From assembly GCF_039654945.1 (NCBI RefSeq), contig NW_027361989.1, positions 2,790,001-2,854,000 on the forward strand: 64,000 bases of DNA. The letters run 5' to 3'. The translations under genes were made by a program, and so were the position numbers. Below, in pieces: positions 34,811 to 47,196 of the stretch. Below the pieces are notes generated by a model. The model searched no databases and was not told the DNA's origin. It saw nothing but the letters and a program-made list of their open reading frames with translations. Positions within the stretch are counted from its first letter, which is position 1. Each line of letters begins with the position of its first letter. This DNA comes from Dendrobates tinctorius. Taxonomy: Eukaryota.

Positions 34811-36175
34811 AGGCCGGTTTCACACGTCCTGATATTTCCGGTACCGGAGATGTCCATGTGTGTAATACTCGTGGCACACGTGACAACCGTGTGCCGCCTG
34901 TGTGCAGCATCAGTACCACATGGACGGCTGGCAGGGATGAAGCGCTACATTAATCGCTGTTCCCCGGTGGTAGGTGCTGAAGATGCTCTCATCATTCTCC
35001 CCTGCTCTGCCGGTGGGGAGAATAATGAGAGTTATATTAAAGTCAGAATGATGACAGCAGGTGGCGGCTTTTGGGACTATTACTCCCATCAACCTACACC
35101 TGCTGCTAAGAACAGTGACAGCAGGAGCGGATGATGGGAGTATTCCTCACCTGACACCTGTGCTATAACTAAGTAAATGAATGAAAAAACTGGCGAGGAT
35201 TCCCCTGTATTTCCTATAACCAGTCTGGAAAACTCACAACTGGGGGCTGCAACCCTCATCTGTCAGCTTCAGCAAGGATGGTTATCAAGAATAGAGGGGT
35301 CCCAACACTGTTTTTTAAATTATTTAAATAAATAGTTTAAAAAACTGCATGGGGTCCCCCCCATTTTTGACAACAAACCTTGCTAAAGCTGACAACTGGG
35401 GGCTGGTATTCTCAGGCTTGTAAGGGGCCAGCCTAAAAATAACAGCCCGCAGCTGCCCAGAAAAGGCACATCTATTAGATGCGCCAATTCTGGTGCTTTG
35501 CCCGGCTCTTCCCACTTGCCCTATAGTGATGGCAAGTGGAGTTCATATTTGTGGGGTTGATGTCACCCTTGTATTGTCAGGTGACATCAAGCCCATGGCT
35601 TAGTAATGGAGAGGTGTCTATAGACATCTCTCCATTACTAATCCTATAGTTATATGGTAAATAAAGACACTGCCAGAATAAAGTCTTTTATTAGAAATAA
35701 AACAAAACACAGTTTTCATTTTTTATTTAACAATAACACAGAGAATTCTCACGGTGATCTGCTGTGACGGCTTGAACTGTGCTGACCTCATCACTGGCTA
35801 ATTCCCACGGTCCTGAGGTCACTGCAGTTCAGCCTGGCTGGAAACCTCGATGATGTCACTGCTGGTCAATGATGCTGCGCTTGCAGCAGCTCATTCACCA
35901 GTGGTTCTCAGCCTGGACGGTCGCATCTTGGCACTGTCCAGGGTGAAAACTAATTATCCCCCAGACATGGATTACGGCGTGGGACAGAGCGACAGACAGG
36001 TATGGTATAGTGTTGTTTTTCTATTTTATTTTTATTACAGGAGAGCGAGGTCTTCGGTGGAAATAGGCGTTAGGTGAGTATAACTGTGTTTGTTATTTTT
36101 AAATAGAAAAGGAAAACTGTGTTTAGTTTTATTTCTAATAAAAGGCTTTATTCTGGCTGTGTCTTTATTTTCCAT
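34811..36175. mobile_element. Partly palindromic non-autonomous DNA element in the ZNF-A intron
   Basis: Starts aggccggtttcacacgt after a TA; internal inverted repeat about 35658-35740 vs 36085-36172; right part interrupted by a cagggccggactggg-starting element at 36181. Confidence 0.55.
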
Positions 36176-37879
36176 GTAGCCAGGGCCGGACTGGGAGTGA
36201 AATTCAGCCCTGGCATTTTTAAGACCACAGGCCCACGTCTTGTACCCTCTGTAATCTTGCTCTCTAGATAGTCTAATACAGGTCCGCGGCCTACAATCAC
36301 AACGTTTAGTGTCGTGGACCTGCAGGGCTGACAGCCACTGAATTATGGCCACTTTAGATGGGCCAATAATCATGAAATGTGGGATTGTAAGAGCGCGGCT
36401 TCCTGATTATCGGCTCATTTCAATAGCTCAGTAATCACCTGATGGAAGGAAAAATGATTATTAGTCACGGCTTAAAACTCAAGGTTCTTGGTGGCACATT
36501 GCTCGGGGTAAACAGGACATGCGCTCCTGAGAACAGGACAGTCTACGTGCACAGAACATATTACCAGTCGCTGTGTGCACAGAGAAGTGCGTCCTCCTGT
36601 GTGAACAGGCCGTAGAGGACACTGACTGACGTGTATATGGCTGGTCGGTGGTCGTGGACATGCTAGAGCACAGGAATGACAGGAAAGTCTCAGTCAGACG
36701 GCCGTTTCTCACGTCCATGTTCTCTCTGTGGTTTTCATTAGTTCTCTTCCATTATAGTCTATGGTGCTGCTCACAGGCTCATGTGTTTGCAGACTGTGTC
36801 TCCCCAATAAAAATCAGAGACATTTTCGTTTTTTATCGTTGTCACAGACACATTCCCCTCCACAAGTCTCTGAACCTGCGCCGATCACAGGCCCCACATA
36901 GATCGCCCCAGTGCACACTCTGCGCGGATTAACACTGTAATGTATAGGAGAAGATTTTCATTCATTTAGTTTTTTTCAAACGTGAAAATCACTAAAGTTC
37001 CAGTCTGGGGGCAGCACCCATCACCGGCCCATGTGTAGTGACTCATTAACCAGTTTATCGCTGCCTTGCCTTCCTTATAGAAGCAGCAGAGACTGGACAG
37101 ATGGTTTTCATGCTGGGATGCCTGTATTTTGTGGCTTCAGAACCAAGGTAAGGGGATGTGCACACATCTTTGTCAGGCGGATTGAAGAAGCGCCACAAAC
37201 CTGCCGCTAAACATGAACTTAGTGCACGGCAATGGAAAACCACATTGCTGTACCCGCTCCGTCTGTTACGTCTTTTATCTGCTTCAGTGCTTGGAAACTG
37301 AGGCCATTAATACAAGTAGCACATTCTGTCACCTGCAACTATAATAGAAACTATCGAGAAAAGACGCCGGTGGGACAAAAGACATGGCGCCTTCAGGTAA
37401 AAGACCGGAGACACTTTCCTGAAGCAGCTCTGCCCCGGAAATAAAACTGTGTGCACATACCCTAGATACAAACACAAGGCTACAGCACCCTGCAAACGCT
37501 GAGTACAAGAATCATTCTAAGGCCGGGGTCACACTAGCGTGTATGATGCGAGAAACAACACCCGGCACTGCCACCGGCACTCGGACCGGAGCGTGCGGCT
37601 ACATGGATTTCTAAGGGCCAATGCAGACGGCCATATATATTCTCTGATCTGAGAGAATCGGCCAATTATACTGTAAAGCTGACACTTGGATCAGGATCTG
37701 ACCCGAGTGTCAGCACAGTGTGGTCCGATTGTCTAGGATGAAAGATTCAGAGAACACTGAGGAAAAGATGGAGAACAAACGCTTCTCCATTATGTCATTG
37801 GAGTGCAGTCCAATGTTTTCCATGTACTCATTGTATTGCATTACTGAGCGTGATCGGAATATCATACGTTAACAATATA

Positions 37880-39060
37880 TAACAGATATAACATATAACG
37901 TATGTTCCAACTCTATGGATGGAGACAAACACCTTGGTCGCCTCAGAAAGACCTTTTTGAGTCAGGGCTACCATCCAAGAACAATAGAAAACCAAATTAC
38001 AAGAGCCACCAGAATGTCAAGGAATCACCTGCCACATTACAAAGCTAAAGAAGAGAATAACCGGGAGCCTCTAGTGGTCACCTACAACCCAAATCTGGAG
38101 GTGCTAAGGGGAGCGGCACGGAAATTACAACCTTTACTACAAAAAGATGCCCGATTACAATCCATGTTTCCAGACCCCCCACTGCTGTGTTTTAGGCAGC
38201 CCCCAAATCTAAGAAGCATCATTGTCAGAAGCTCCCTGTCCTCTCCAACAGCTGCAGGAACCTTTCCTTGCAACCAGAAAAAATGTAAAACCTGTCCATT
38301 TATAATGACCACGGACAAGATAAATATCCCCACCTCACATCAGGACTACAAGATCCCAGGTACTCTCAGCTGCATCACATCTAATGGGGTGTACTTAATT
38401 ATTTGTACTAAATGTCCATCTGGGGGTCTGTATGTGGGGAGACTGGGCAAACACTGAGAACAAGGATGAATTCTCATTGCCACACAATAAGAGAAAAAAG
38501 AAGGGATCTACCTGTGGCAAACATTTTTGTATCCCCGGTCATAGCATGATGGACAATAAATTACTTGTATTAAAAGGTAACTTCAACTCTCAGAGAGACA
38601 GGAGGGTCTGGGAGTATAAATTTATGACAACTTTTGACACACTCAGTGCAGAAATGAATGTGTCACATGGATTTATGTCTTTTTACATCAATTAAGGAAT
38701 TTGCTCTTCAGACCTTCTGGGGTCTTCACACAACACAGAACCAGACCCCAATCAGAGGGCAATAAAACCTTCACACTCCTAATCTACAAACTGTTCCAAT
38801 ATTTATGACAATTCTGCTAAATGTTACTTGTCTTATCTGTTGCGTTATTTTTGTGCTGTTTTGTGTATAAATATGTGATTTTTCAGATGTTGCATTAGTC
38901 TAGCCTGATGAAGAGACCTGAGGAGTCTCGAAAGCTTGCAATGTGCTACCATCTTTTCAGTTAGCCATTAAAAGGTATCAACTACTGAGGACTCTCAATT
39001 CTAAATATTCTTTTATCTACTGGCTAACACGGTACAAAGATATATATCTTTCCTGTATCA
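37880..39060 (+). mobile_element. Penelope-like element 3' fragment (RT thumb, GIY-YIG endonuclease, pLTR region)
   Basis: ORF 37915-38457: GYHP, PLVVTYNP, QPPNLRSIIV, CNQKKCKTC, NGVYLIICTKC..LYVG; frameshift continues TGQTLRTRMNSH; ORF 38432-38695 gives the C-terminus. Confidence 0.9.
38890..38950 (+). ncRNA. Minimal type I hammerhead ribozyme motif (Penelope pLTR)
   Basis: CTGATGA 38905-38911, stem II gagac/gtctc, GAAA 38930-38933, short palindromic stem III aagctt. Confidence 0.7.
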
Positions 39061-40872
39061 AAGTCATTTGAACAGTTTTGGGTGGAGCAGAATGTTGTGG
39101 TCTAGAGGCAAAATGGTGATCATGGTAATACGGCCGGACTACACCACCGATAAAGCAGCCACAGCCGGTGACTGAGAGGAATCTGTGACTTCTCTGCATT
39201 CAGTGGTTACTACTCACCTGGGTAGTCACATGTGGGAATCTCCTCTTTACACCACTCATCACCCCTCACATATGTCTCTGTAGTATTAATATGGGTCAGA
39301 TCTTCACCCTGAAACAAATATTGTAAAAGTCACCGACAGATGGAGAAGTCCCATCTATGATCAGCTCTAATCCTGCCATCTCCACCGCTCTCATTACACA
39401 AGTATAAAACATATAATACTGGTGGATAAAACAAGACTGAGCACAAGACCTTCACAGCCGTCTACACATCATAGGGGAGATCTCCTGACACCTTCTCTCC
39501 ATCTACCTGATGATCCTGAGGAGCACTGGGATCTTCTTGGTTACAGTCCTGTGGAAGAAGAGGACGGGGACATCTCTCTGGTGTTGTCCTCTTACTGGAT
39601 AGATCTGGAGGAAACACATACAGGGACTGAATTCATTCTCTACATGCAGATAATTATAGGCCGTGTGTATTTAGTCCTGTCTATTACCTGGAGATGTGAT
39701 GGGGCTGGGGAACCTCCATTATGACGTTCTTGTACAGATCTCTGTGTCCTTCTAAATACTCCCACTCCTCCATGGAGAAATAGACGGCGACATCCTGACA
39801 CCTTATAGGAACCTGACACATACAATGATACCGTCATCCCCCCGATCCCTTCATAGTGTTACTGTATAATGTCCCAGCAGTGTCACCTCTCCAGTCAGCA
39901 GCTCAGTCATCTTGTAGGTGAGTTCTACGATCTTCTGGTCATTGATGTCCTCATGGATCAGGGGGTGAGGTGGAGGCCCCGTGATTGGGCTCAGGGGTCT
40001 TCCCCATCCCTCAGACACAGGGTCCTGACAGCGATCACTAGAGGTCTTCTTCACCACTGTGTAATCCTGGTTATGGAGAGACACATTAATAAATCTCACT
40101 ACAGACATTTCCAGAGTCCTCACCTCTCCAGTTCTGTCCATCTGTTATTCCCATAGATAAGAATGATGTAATGTGACGTCATCAGAATCTCTCACCTCTC
40201 CAGTGAGACGGAAGAGGATCTCTAGGGTGAGGTGTAACATCCTGTCCGCCATCTTGTCTCTGTCCATATCCATCCTTGATGGGTAAATCAGGAAAATTCT
40301 CTTCTGTAGAAGATCTTCACTGAGAGGATCCGATATTGTAGAGACCTGAACGAGAAGAAGATGATCCGATGTAACATCATAAGAATCCTGTGTAATAATA
40401 CAATTACTGGGGATAATAAGGGAAACATATGAGGAGATTTATTATCTTACAGGGTTTAGTTTTCTCCCCTGACATCTACTAATAAAACCTATATATTTAG
40501 GCCACAGACAACAAGCAGTTTCCTCCTCGGAGTCGGCAGCTGAACACGTTCCTCATAGACTCATCAACGTCACCATCAATTCCCATCAGAGTGAAGGAAC
40601 ATCGCTCCTCTATTCAGCTCTATGGATCCAGGATGAAATCCACTGCGGCCCCTGCAAGAAAAGAGCGAAGTCTGGTGAGACCCCCGAGGCCGGAGATTTC
40701 TACAGCTGCTCTGTGTGCACAGGACCTGTGATGAGGTCACAGGAGGGGAGGAGTCAGGAGTCACATGATCAGGGGCCTCAGTGTGTGCAGGACTCTGCTG
40801 TGCTGGCTGTCATGGTGCTGGATGAGGGGAAGTTTCTGTGTGGGGTCAGGAGGGGTTTACAGGGTGGATGTA

Positions 40873-41751
40873 GCAGAGCCGTGTGTGTACGCGGTGTACT
40901 GAGCGGAGCCGTGTGTGTACAAGGTGTACGGAGCGGAGCCGTGTGTGTACGAGGTGTACGGAGCAGAGCCGTGTGTGTACGAGGTGTACGGAGCAGAGCC
41001 GTGTGTGTACGAGGTGTACGGAGCGGAACCGTGTGTACGAGGTGTACGGAGCGGAGCCGTGTGTGTACGAGGTGTACGGAGCGGAGCCATGTGTGTACGA
41101 GGTGTACGGAGCGGAGCCGTGTGTGTACGAGGTGTACGGAGCGGAGCCATGTGTGTACGAGGTGTACGGAGCGGAGCCGTGTGTGTACGAGGTGTACGGA
41201 GCGGAGCCGTGTGTGTACGAGGTGTACGGAGCGGAGCCGTGTGTGTACGAGGTGTACGGAGCGGAGCCGTGTGTGTACAAGGTGTACGGAGCGGAGCCCT
41301 GTGTGTACGAGGTGTACGGAGCGAAGCCGCGTGTGTACGAGGTGTACGGAGCGGAGCCGTGTGTGTACAAGGTGTACGGAGCGGAGCCCTGTGTGTACGA
41401 GGTGTACGGAGCGAAGCCGCGTGTGTACGAGGTGTACGGAGCGGAGCCGTGTGTGTACAAGGTGTACGGAGCGGAGCCGTGTGTGTACGAGGTGTACGGA
41501 GCGGAGCCGTGTATGTACGAGGTGTACGGAGCAGAGCCGCGTGTGTACGAGGTGTACGGAGCGGAGCCGTGTGTGTACAAGGTGTACGGAGCGGAGCCCT
41601 GTGTGTACGAGGTGTACGGAGCGAAGCCGCGTGTGTACGAGGTGTACGGAGCGGAGCCGTGTGTGTACAAGGTGTACGGAGCGGAGCCCTGTGTGTACGA
41701 GGTGTACGGAGCGAAGCCACGTGTGTACGAGGTGTACGGAGCAAAGCCGTG
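40873..41751. repeat. 30-bp minisatellite, about 29 copies
   Basis: Unit gtgtgtgtacgaggtgtacggagcggagcc; partial three-unit (90-bp) variant pattern. Confidence 0.97.
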
Positions 41752-41754
41752 CTT

Positions 41755-42905
41755 GTGTGGACCCCTCTGTGTACTCTGTATACCCCCATCTTCAGTCACA
41801 GACCCCTCTGTGTATGTTGTATACACCCGAATACCCCCATCTTCGGTCGCAGACGCCTCTTTGTACGCTGTATACACCCGTATACCCCCAGGTTCGGTCG
41901 CAGACGCCTCTGTGTACACTGTATACACCCGTATAGCCCAAGCTTCAGTCACAGACCCTGCGTCTCACACTGTATACACCTGTATACCCCCAGCTTCAGT
42001 CTCAGAACCCTGTGTGTATGCTGTATACACCCGTATACCCCCAGCTTCGGTCACAGATCCCTCTCTTTACACTGTATACACCCGTATACCTCCAGCTTCG
42101 GTCGCAGACCCCTGTGTGTACGCTGTATACACTCGTATACCCCCAGCTTCGGTCACAGACCCCTGTGTGTACGCTGTATACACCCATATACCCCCAGCTT
42201 CAGTCGCAGACCCCTGTGTATACTGTATACCCCCAGCTTCAGTCTCAGAACACTGTGTATGCTGTATACACCCGTATACCCCCAGCTTCGGTCACAGACC
42301 CCTCTCTGTATGCTGTATACACCTGTATATCCCCAGCTTCGGTAACAGACCCCTCTGTGTACGCTGTATACACCGTATACCCCCAGATTCGGTCACAGCC
42401 CCCTGTGTTCACTGTATACACCCGTATATGCCCAGTTTTGGTCACAGACACCTGTGTATGCTGTATACACCCGTATACCCCCAGCTTCGGTCACAGACCC
42501 CTCTCTGTATGCTGTATACACCTGTATATCCCCAGCTTCGGTAACAGACCCCTCTGTGTACGCTGTATACACCGTATACCCCCAGATTCGGTCACAGCCC
42601 CCTGTGTTCACTGTATACACCCGTATATGCCCAGTTTTGGTCACAGACACCTGTGTATGCTGTATACACCCGTATACCCCCAGCTTTGGTCACAGACCCC
42701 TCTGTGTATGCTGTATACACCCGTATACCCCCAGCTTCAGTCATAGACCCCTCTGTGTATGCTGTATACACCCGTATACCCCCAGCTTCAGTCACAGACC
42801 CCTGTGTACTCTGTATACACCCATATACCCCCAGCTTCGGTCACAGACCCCTCTGTGTATGCTGTATACACCCGTATACCCCAAGCTTCGGTCACAGACC
42901 CTGCA
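41755..42905. repeat. ~50-bp minisatellite, about 22 copies
   Basis: Unit approximately ctgtatacacccgtatacccccagcttcggtcacagacccctctgtgtatg; includes an exact ~199-bp higher-order duplication near 42250-42700. Confidence 0.93.
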
Positions 42906-43064
42906 TATCTCACACTGTAGAACTGACGCCGGACGCACACGGTAAAACTGCGGTCGTCGGTCTCTCATCTCTCGCACTTATACTGATAACATAAGATGGA
43001 GTCAGACGAACCCTCCTACAGAACATGAGAACAAAGTCATTACTACAGGACTGTGTGAGAAAGG

Positions 43065-43615
43065 GATTTATTCTACAAGAAACGCTGGGGCCACAAATGA
43101 GAATAACATAATGTCGCTCATCTTCTCTTTCACCATAGATATTGACAGTGAGGGCGACTTCCACTTTGCCGCAATGTGGATTTTAGTGGCCATACATAAG
43201 TAGTTTACTAGCTTCTGAAATCTTTCTGGAAGCCGGGAAGGCCTGGTTCCCAGTAAAAGGGTAGAAGGTTCCAGATCAACCGGTCCACCATACATCTGTG
43301 CTATCAGACGCTTCACCTTCTCCCAAAGCCCAGAAACCACCATACAAGACCACCAAATATGTCTCATGTCACCAGATATTCCACAGCCCCTAAAACAGTC
43401 TCCCGAGATTTTAGGAAAAATGCTGTGAATATTTTCCGGTACATAATAGACTCCACAAGGGAAGTCTGGTGACTACCTCTTGATATGGTGTCACAGCTAC
43501 GATACCATTCATCAAATGACTGTTCAAACCCCAGATCCTCCTCCCACTGTAACATACTGTATGCTTCAATTTTTTATCATTTTGTGGAGAATTTATAGCA
43601 TAGTAGATCAATGAG
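43065..43615 (-). mobile_element. L1-clade ORF2 C-terminal fragment
   Basis: Minus frames: QWEEDLG..EW..SC, HIWWSC..LWEKV, KIHIAAKWK, matching the L1 ORF2 C-terminal zinc-knuckle region. Confidence 0.7.
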
Positions 43616-45971
43616 CAGAGGCGTAGCTAGGGTTTTGGGTCGGGGGGAAAACTCAGTGGGCCCCCAACCAGGTAACCTTGATTACAACTCGGTGACCCAC
43701 AGAAATAGTGGAGGAGAACCTCAGCAGAGGACCGCGCTGTTGCTGAATATAATTTTCTAAATAAAGACCAATATTGATATTACTGCCATATAGTGAGTGG
43801 TAGATACCTGTCCTACACAACATACCGTATAAGAGATCACAGCACAGTTACAGATGGTGACTTACAGCTGACGTTCTTTCTGATGGAATCGTTCACTTTT
43901 CCATCTGGCCCAGACCAACATGACAACTTCTTCCAGCCAGGACTCGTCTGCAGAGATTACAACAAAGATTCATTTCATGTCTCATATTTTCAGCACTGTC
44001 ACCAATGGGACTACTCCCTACCTGCACAAACTCCTTACCCTGCTGACACCCCAATGCTGAGCTGCTGCTGCTGTATGTGTCCCTTTAACTGTACCTGCTG
44101 TGTGGTTCTCTGTGCCCTCTAAATTCTAAAGCAACTCTTGAAAACAGTGCCCATATTTTGTCCCCTAGAAAGTAATAGCGCCATTTGTGCCCCTTTGACA
44201 GTCAGGCTAAGTGCACACGTACCGGAACTCTTGCGGAAATTACAGCGAGAATTCCGGAATTCCATTCCGCTCCGCGGGAAAATCGCATTTTAAATTCCCG
44301 CGGAAAAACTAGCATTTTGCAAGCGTATTTAGCCGCAGCATTAGCACAGCATTGCGGAATCTCATAGGAATGCATGGGATGCTTAGTTTTCACGGCAAAA
44401 TCGCGCGGTTAAAACCGCCGCGGAAACGTGAAAAAAACGCCACGTGTGAACTCAGCCTCAGAGTTACCTGAGCTCCCTATAACAATAAGTGCCCGCAGAG
44501 CAGGGAGATCGATTCTGTCTGATCTGCCGCAGAATGTAACACTATCGGCGTGCTGTGGGCGGGTCCCCTCAGAGCGCTGGTCCCGGGGTGACCTCCCTCC
44601 CCCCTGTAGCTCACCACATTGTAGGATTAACTTTAAGTCACCTGCATTACTGATACTAATATATCACACTAGTAACACGTCCATGCCGCTAACAATCGCT
44701 GTACAGAAACACTATTCCACAGCTATTTGTCACCAAGCACTAACTGCTGCTGTGGCACTACAAGTGCCATACTTCACTTCCCAGTAGGAGCAGCAAACAC
44801 TAGTTAGGGTGTGTGCACACGTTGCGGATTCTGCTGCGGATCTGCAGTGGATTTGGTCCTGCGGATCAGCAGCAGTTTCTGCTGCATTGTACAGTACAGT
44901 CTATGAGAAATGAAGAACACAGTGCACACGCTGAGGATTTCCTGCGGATTTAAATCTGCAGCATGTCAATTCTTTGTGCGGAATCCGCAGCGTTTTGTCA
45001 CCTGCTCCATTATAGGAATCCGCAGGTGTAAAAACGCAGGGGAAATCCGCACAAAATCTGCACTATATCCGCAGGTAAAACGCCGGTCATTTAACCTGCA
45101 GATTTACCTGTGGATTTGGCCAAATCCGTGCGGAAAAATCCGCAGAGTAATCCACAACGTGTGCACATCCCCTAATCCTCCAGGACTCGCTGTCAGCCTG
45201 GTAACGGGTAGGTTAATAATTACACGCCAGCACAAACAGCGAGATAAGGTGATACAATGGTTTAACCCTCCCTCTGCCTGTCAGGGAGGATGCGCCACTC
45301 TCTCTGCACAGCTCAATGACTGCAGCCAGCAGTGCGATCTCTAGTTTGCACTTTTCCTGGTTTTCTCTCAGTCCCAAAGTGCAGTAAATTCCCAGGCCAA
45401 GACAAAGCATCGCCATATAGCGCATCAGTGACCGCTGCAAAGTGCCTGAAAACTATGTAACACGTAAGGAGAGCATCATGTAATGAATATTACACCCCAA
45501 TAGCAGTAAGTTGTATGTATATATCCAAAGCAACAGATTAGACACTTCAAATAGCAATTAACATAGATACTCATCAATCCCCATGCTGTGTGCAGTGTCC
45601 ACTGGTCCTGGAGCAGCACGCTCCTCAGCTGTCAGGCTCCTCTCAGTCAGAAGCAATCAAGTGCAGAGCAGACAGTGAACTCGGCTCACAGGCAGAGGCA
45701 GAGCCCCCTGCGTCCAGGCTGCTGCTGGAGCTGATGACTTCTCTGCAGCAGGGAGCTTTCAAGGAGAGCGCGCTCAGCCAGGATTGGGTGAGTGACCTCC
45801 CCTCTCCTCTGCAGAAGAGCGGTCACATGACTCACTCCCTGCTGCAGCATGGAATTGTATCGGCGCGATCTGCACGCCGATATAGTTACATAGCATAGCT
45901 CGGGTGGGCCCCATCAGAGTGCGGGGCCCAGGGCCACCGCCCCCTCTGCCCCCCCGGTAGCTAAGCTACTG
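43616..45971. mobile_element. Non-autonomous CAG..CTG DNA element with nested MITEs
   Basis: Ends cagaggcgtagctaggg / cccggtagctaagctactg are imperfect inverted repeats with gggcccc subterminal motifs; no TSD; internal MITEs at about 44203-44460 and 44806-45172. Confidence 0.55.
44806..45172. mobile_element. PIF/Harbinger-like MITE
   Basis: TIRs agggtgtgtgcacacgttgcggatt / aatccacaacgtgtgcacatccct flanked by tta/taa; many internal gcgga/tccgc motifs. Confidence 0.75.
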
Positions 45972-45974
45972 CAG

Positions 45975-46850
45975 TACACAGATCACTAAATGCTCTCCTT
46001 TTCTTTGTGACTTCTATGGAATAATCGTTGAATAATAAACCTTTGTAGCCTCTAATAGTGATCTGAGTCGACTTTTTCTGTAATGTTGTAGAAGGGGAGA
46101 TTTATCCACAAAGTCCAGATATTTCACAATTACCGGTCTTGGTCTACTAGAAGGAGAGGGAGAATTGTGCTGCTGCGGCAGAGGTGGACCCACTCTGGGG
46201 GCTCTTTCTACTTTCATACTGTTTTCTATCCCCAACGATCTGGGAAGTTCCTCCATACAAATCTTCATTAAATGTGTAGGGGGGATAGATTCTGGGAGAC
46301 GTATTATCCTTAGATTGTTTCTCCTCGATCTGTTTTCTAGATTCTGGGAGACGTATTATCCTTAGATTGTTTCTCCTCGATCTGTTTTCTAGATCATTTA
46401 CTTTTTCAGACAATTGCAGGCTCAATTTTGTTGCTTTCCTCAGCTTTAGTTGTATATTCTGAAGTTCATCCTCTGCTGCACTCAATCTGTGCTCAGCTAT
46501 ATCAAGCCTTTCAGACCGCTGGGTAATGGAAGCCTGCAGCTGCTCAAGAGTTTTTTATGTCTGGTGCCAATATTTTAGCCACCTCTGCAGCCAGAGCTTT
46601 ATATGGTATATTAAGTCCTGCTGGTAGTTCCCCGTCTTCCTCCCCCGTCTGTATCGTATGCGGTGCTGTGCCCAAGGACTTACTAGATTTCTTTGCTTTT
46701 GGAGTGTCGGGCGCCATCTTGTTGCACGCTTCTAGTGGTGTGTGGGGATTTAAACTTTTCCGGGACCCGCTTCTGTTAAGAAATCTCTCCATACGCCGAT
46801 GGAGATGTCTGGAGAGTCTCACTGACAGGCAATTAGCCAGTCGCAAGGTT
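45975..46850 (-). mobile_element. L1-clade ORF1 remnant
   Basis: Minus frames: MERFL.., coiled-coil region, KVNDLENRSRRNNLRII, VERA.RVG..PRPVIVKYLDF (L1 ORF1 RRM motifs); internal tandem duplication near 46290-46395. Confidence 0.85.
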
Positions 46851-47196
46851 GAATAGGTCCCAGGAATCTCACTGAGAGAAGCTGGTTTACGGAGCTCTTG
46901 TCACACCAGAAGTTCCTGATATGTGTTTTAGCGCATTTATAAATATTTATATCCATGTTCATTTTAGTTAACATTTAATAAAATTCAGCAAAAATACCTA
47001 TTTGAATAAAAAGCATAGTGAGCTCTTACTTCACTGCCTGCAGAGCAGGTAACGAGAACGGAGAAAAAGAAGGAGCCGATCGCCATATTAGATGGAAGCT
47101 CTGGGATGGAATTCCCCATAGTGCCGAGCTCAAAGAGTAAAATCAACTCAATTCAATAATGTGGGAATTCATTCTGCTCACAACAGCATGAACAGT

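Larger units (their letters stand above)
32059..40273 (-). pseudogene. KRAB-like C2H2 zinc-finger gene A (XlCOF/XlCGF oocyte/gastrula ZNF type), probably frameshifted
   Basis: GT-AG exons 40273-40196 (MDMDRDKMA..LTGE), 40066-39887, 39812-39688 ([28 protein letters not shown]-like), 39604-39507, 39308-39218 and 33179-32059 (8 intact fingers plus 1 degenerate, TGEKP linkers). Exon 3 is 125 nt vs 124 in the paralog (extra T at 39700), giving an early TAA in exon 4. Confidence 0.8.
30231..40800. repeat. Segmental duplication copy A (ZNF gene unit); copy B is 48952-63860
   Basis: Collinear blocks: 30231-32240 vs 48952-51790; 33190-34810 vs 53550-55240; 39061-40565 vs 56192-57637; 40708-40800 vs 63765-63857. 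Confidence 0.92.

Noticed and set aside
40713-42994. Long repetitive ORFs of 300-550 aa
   Set aside because: Several frames on both strands are open because the 30-bp unit is a multiple of 3 and lacks stops; no independent coding evidence.
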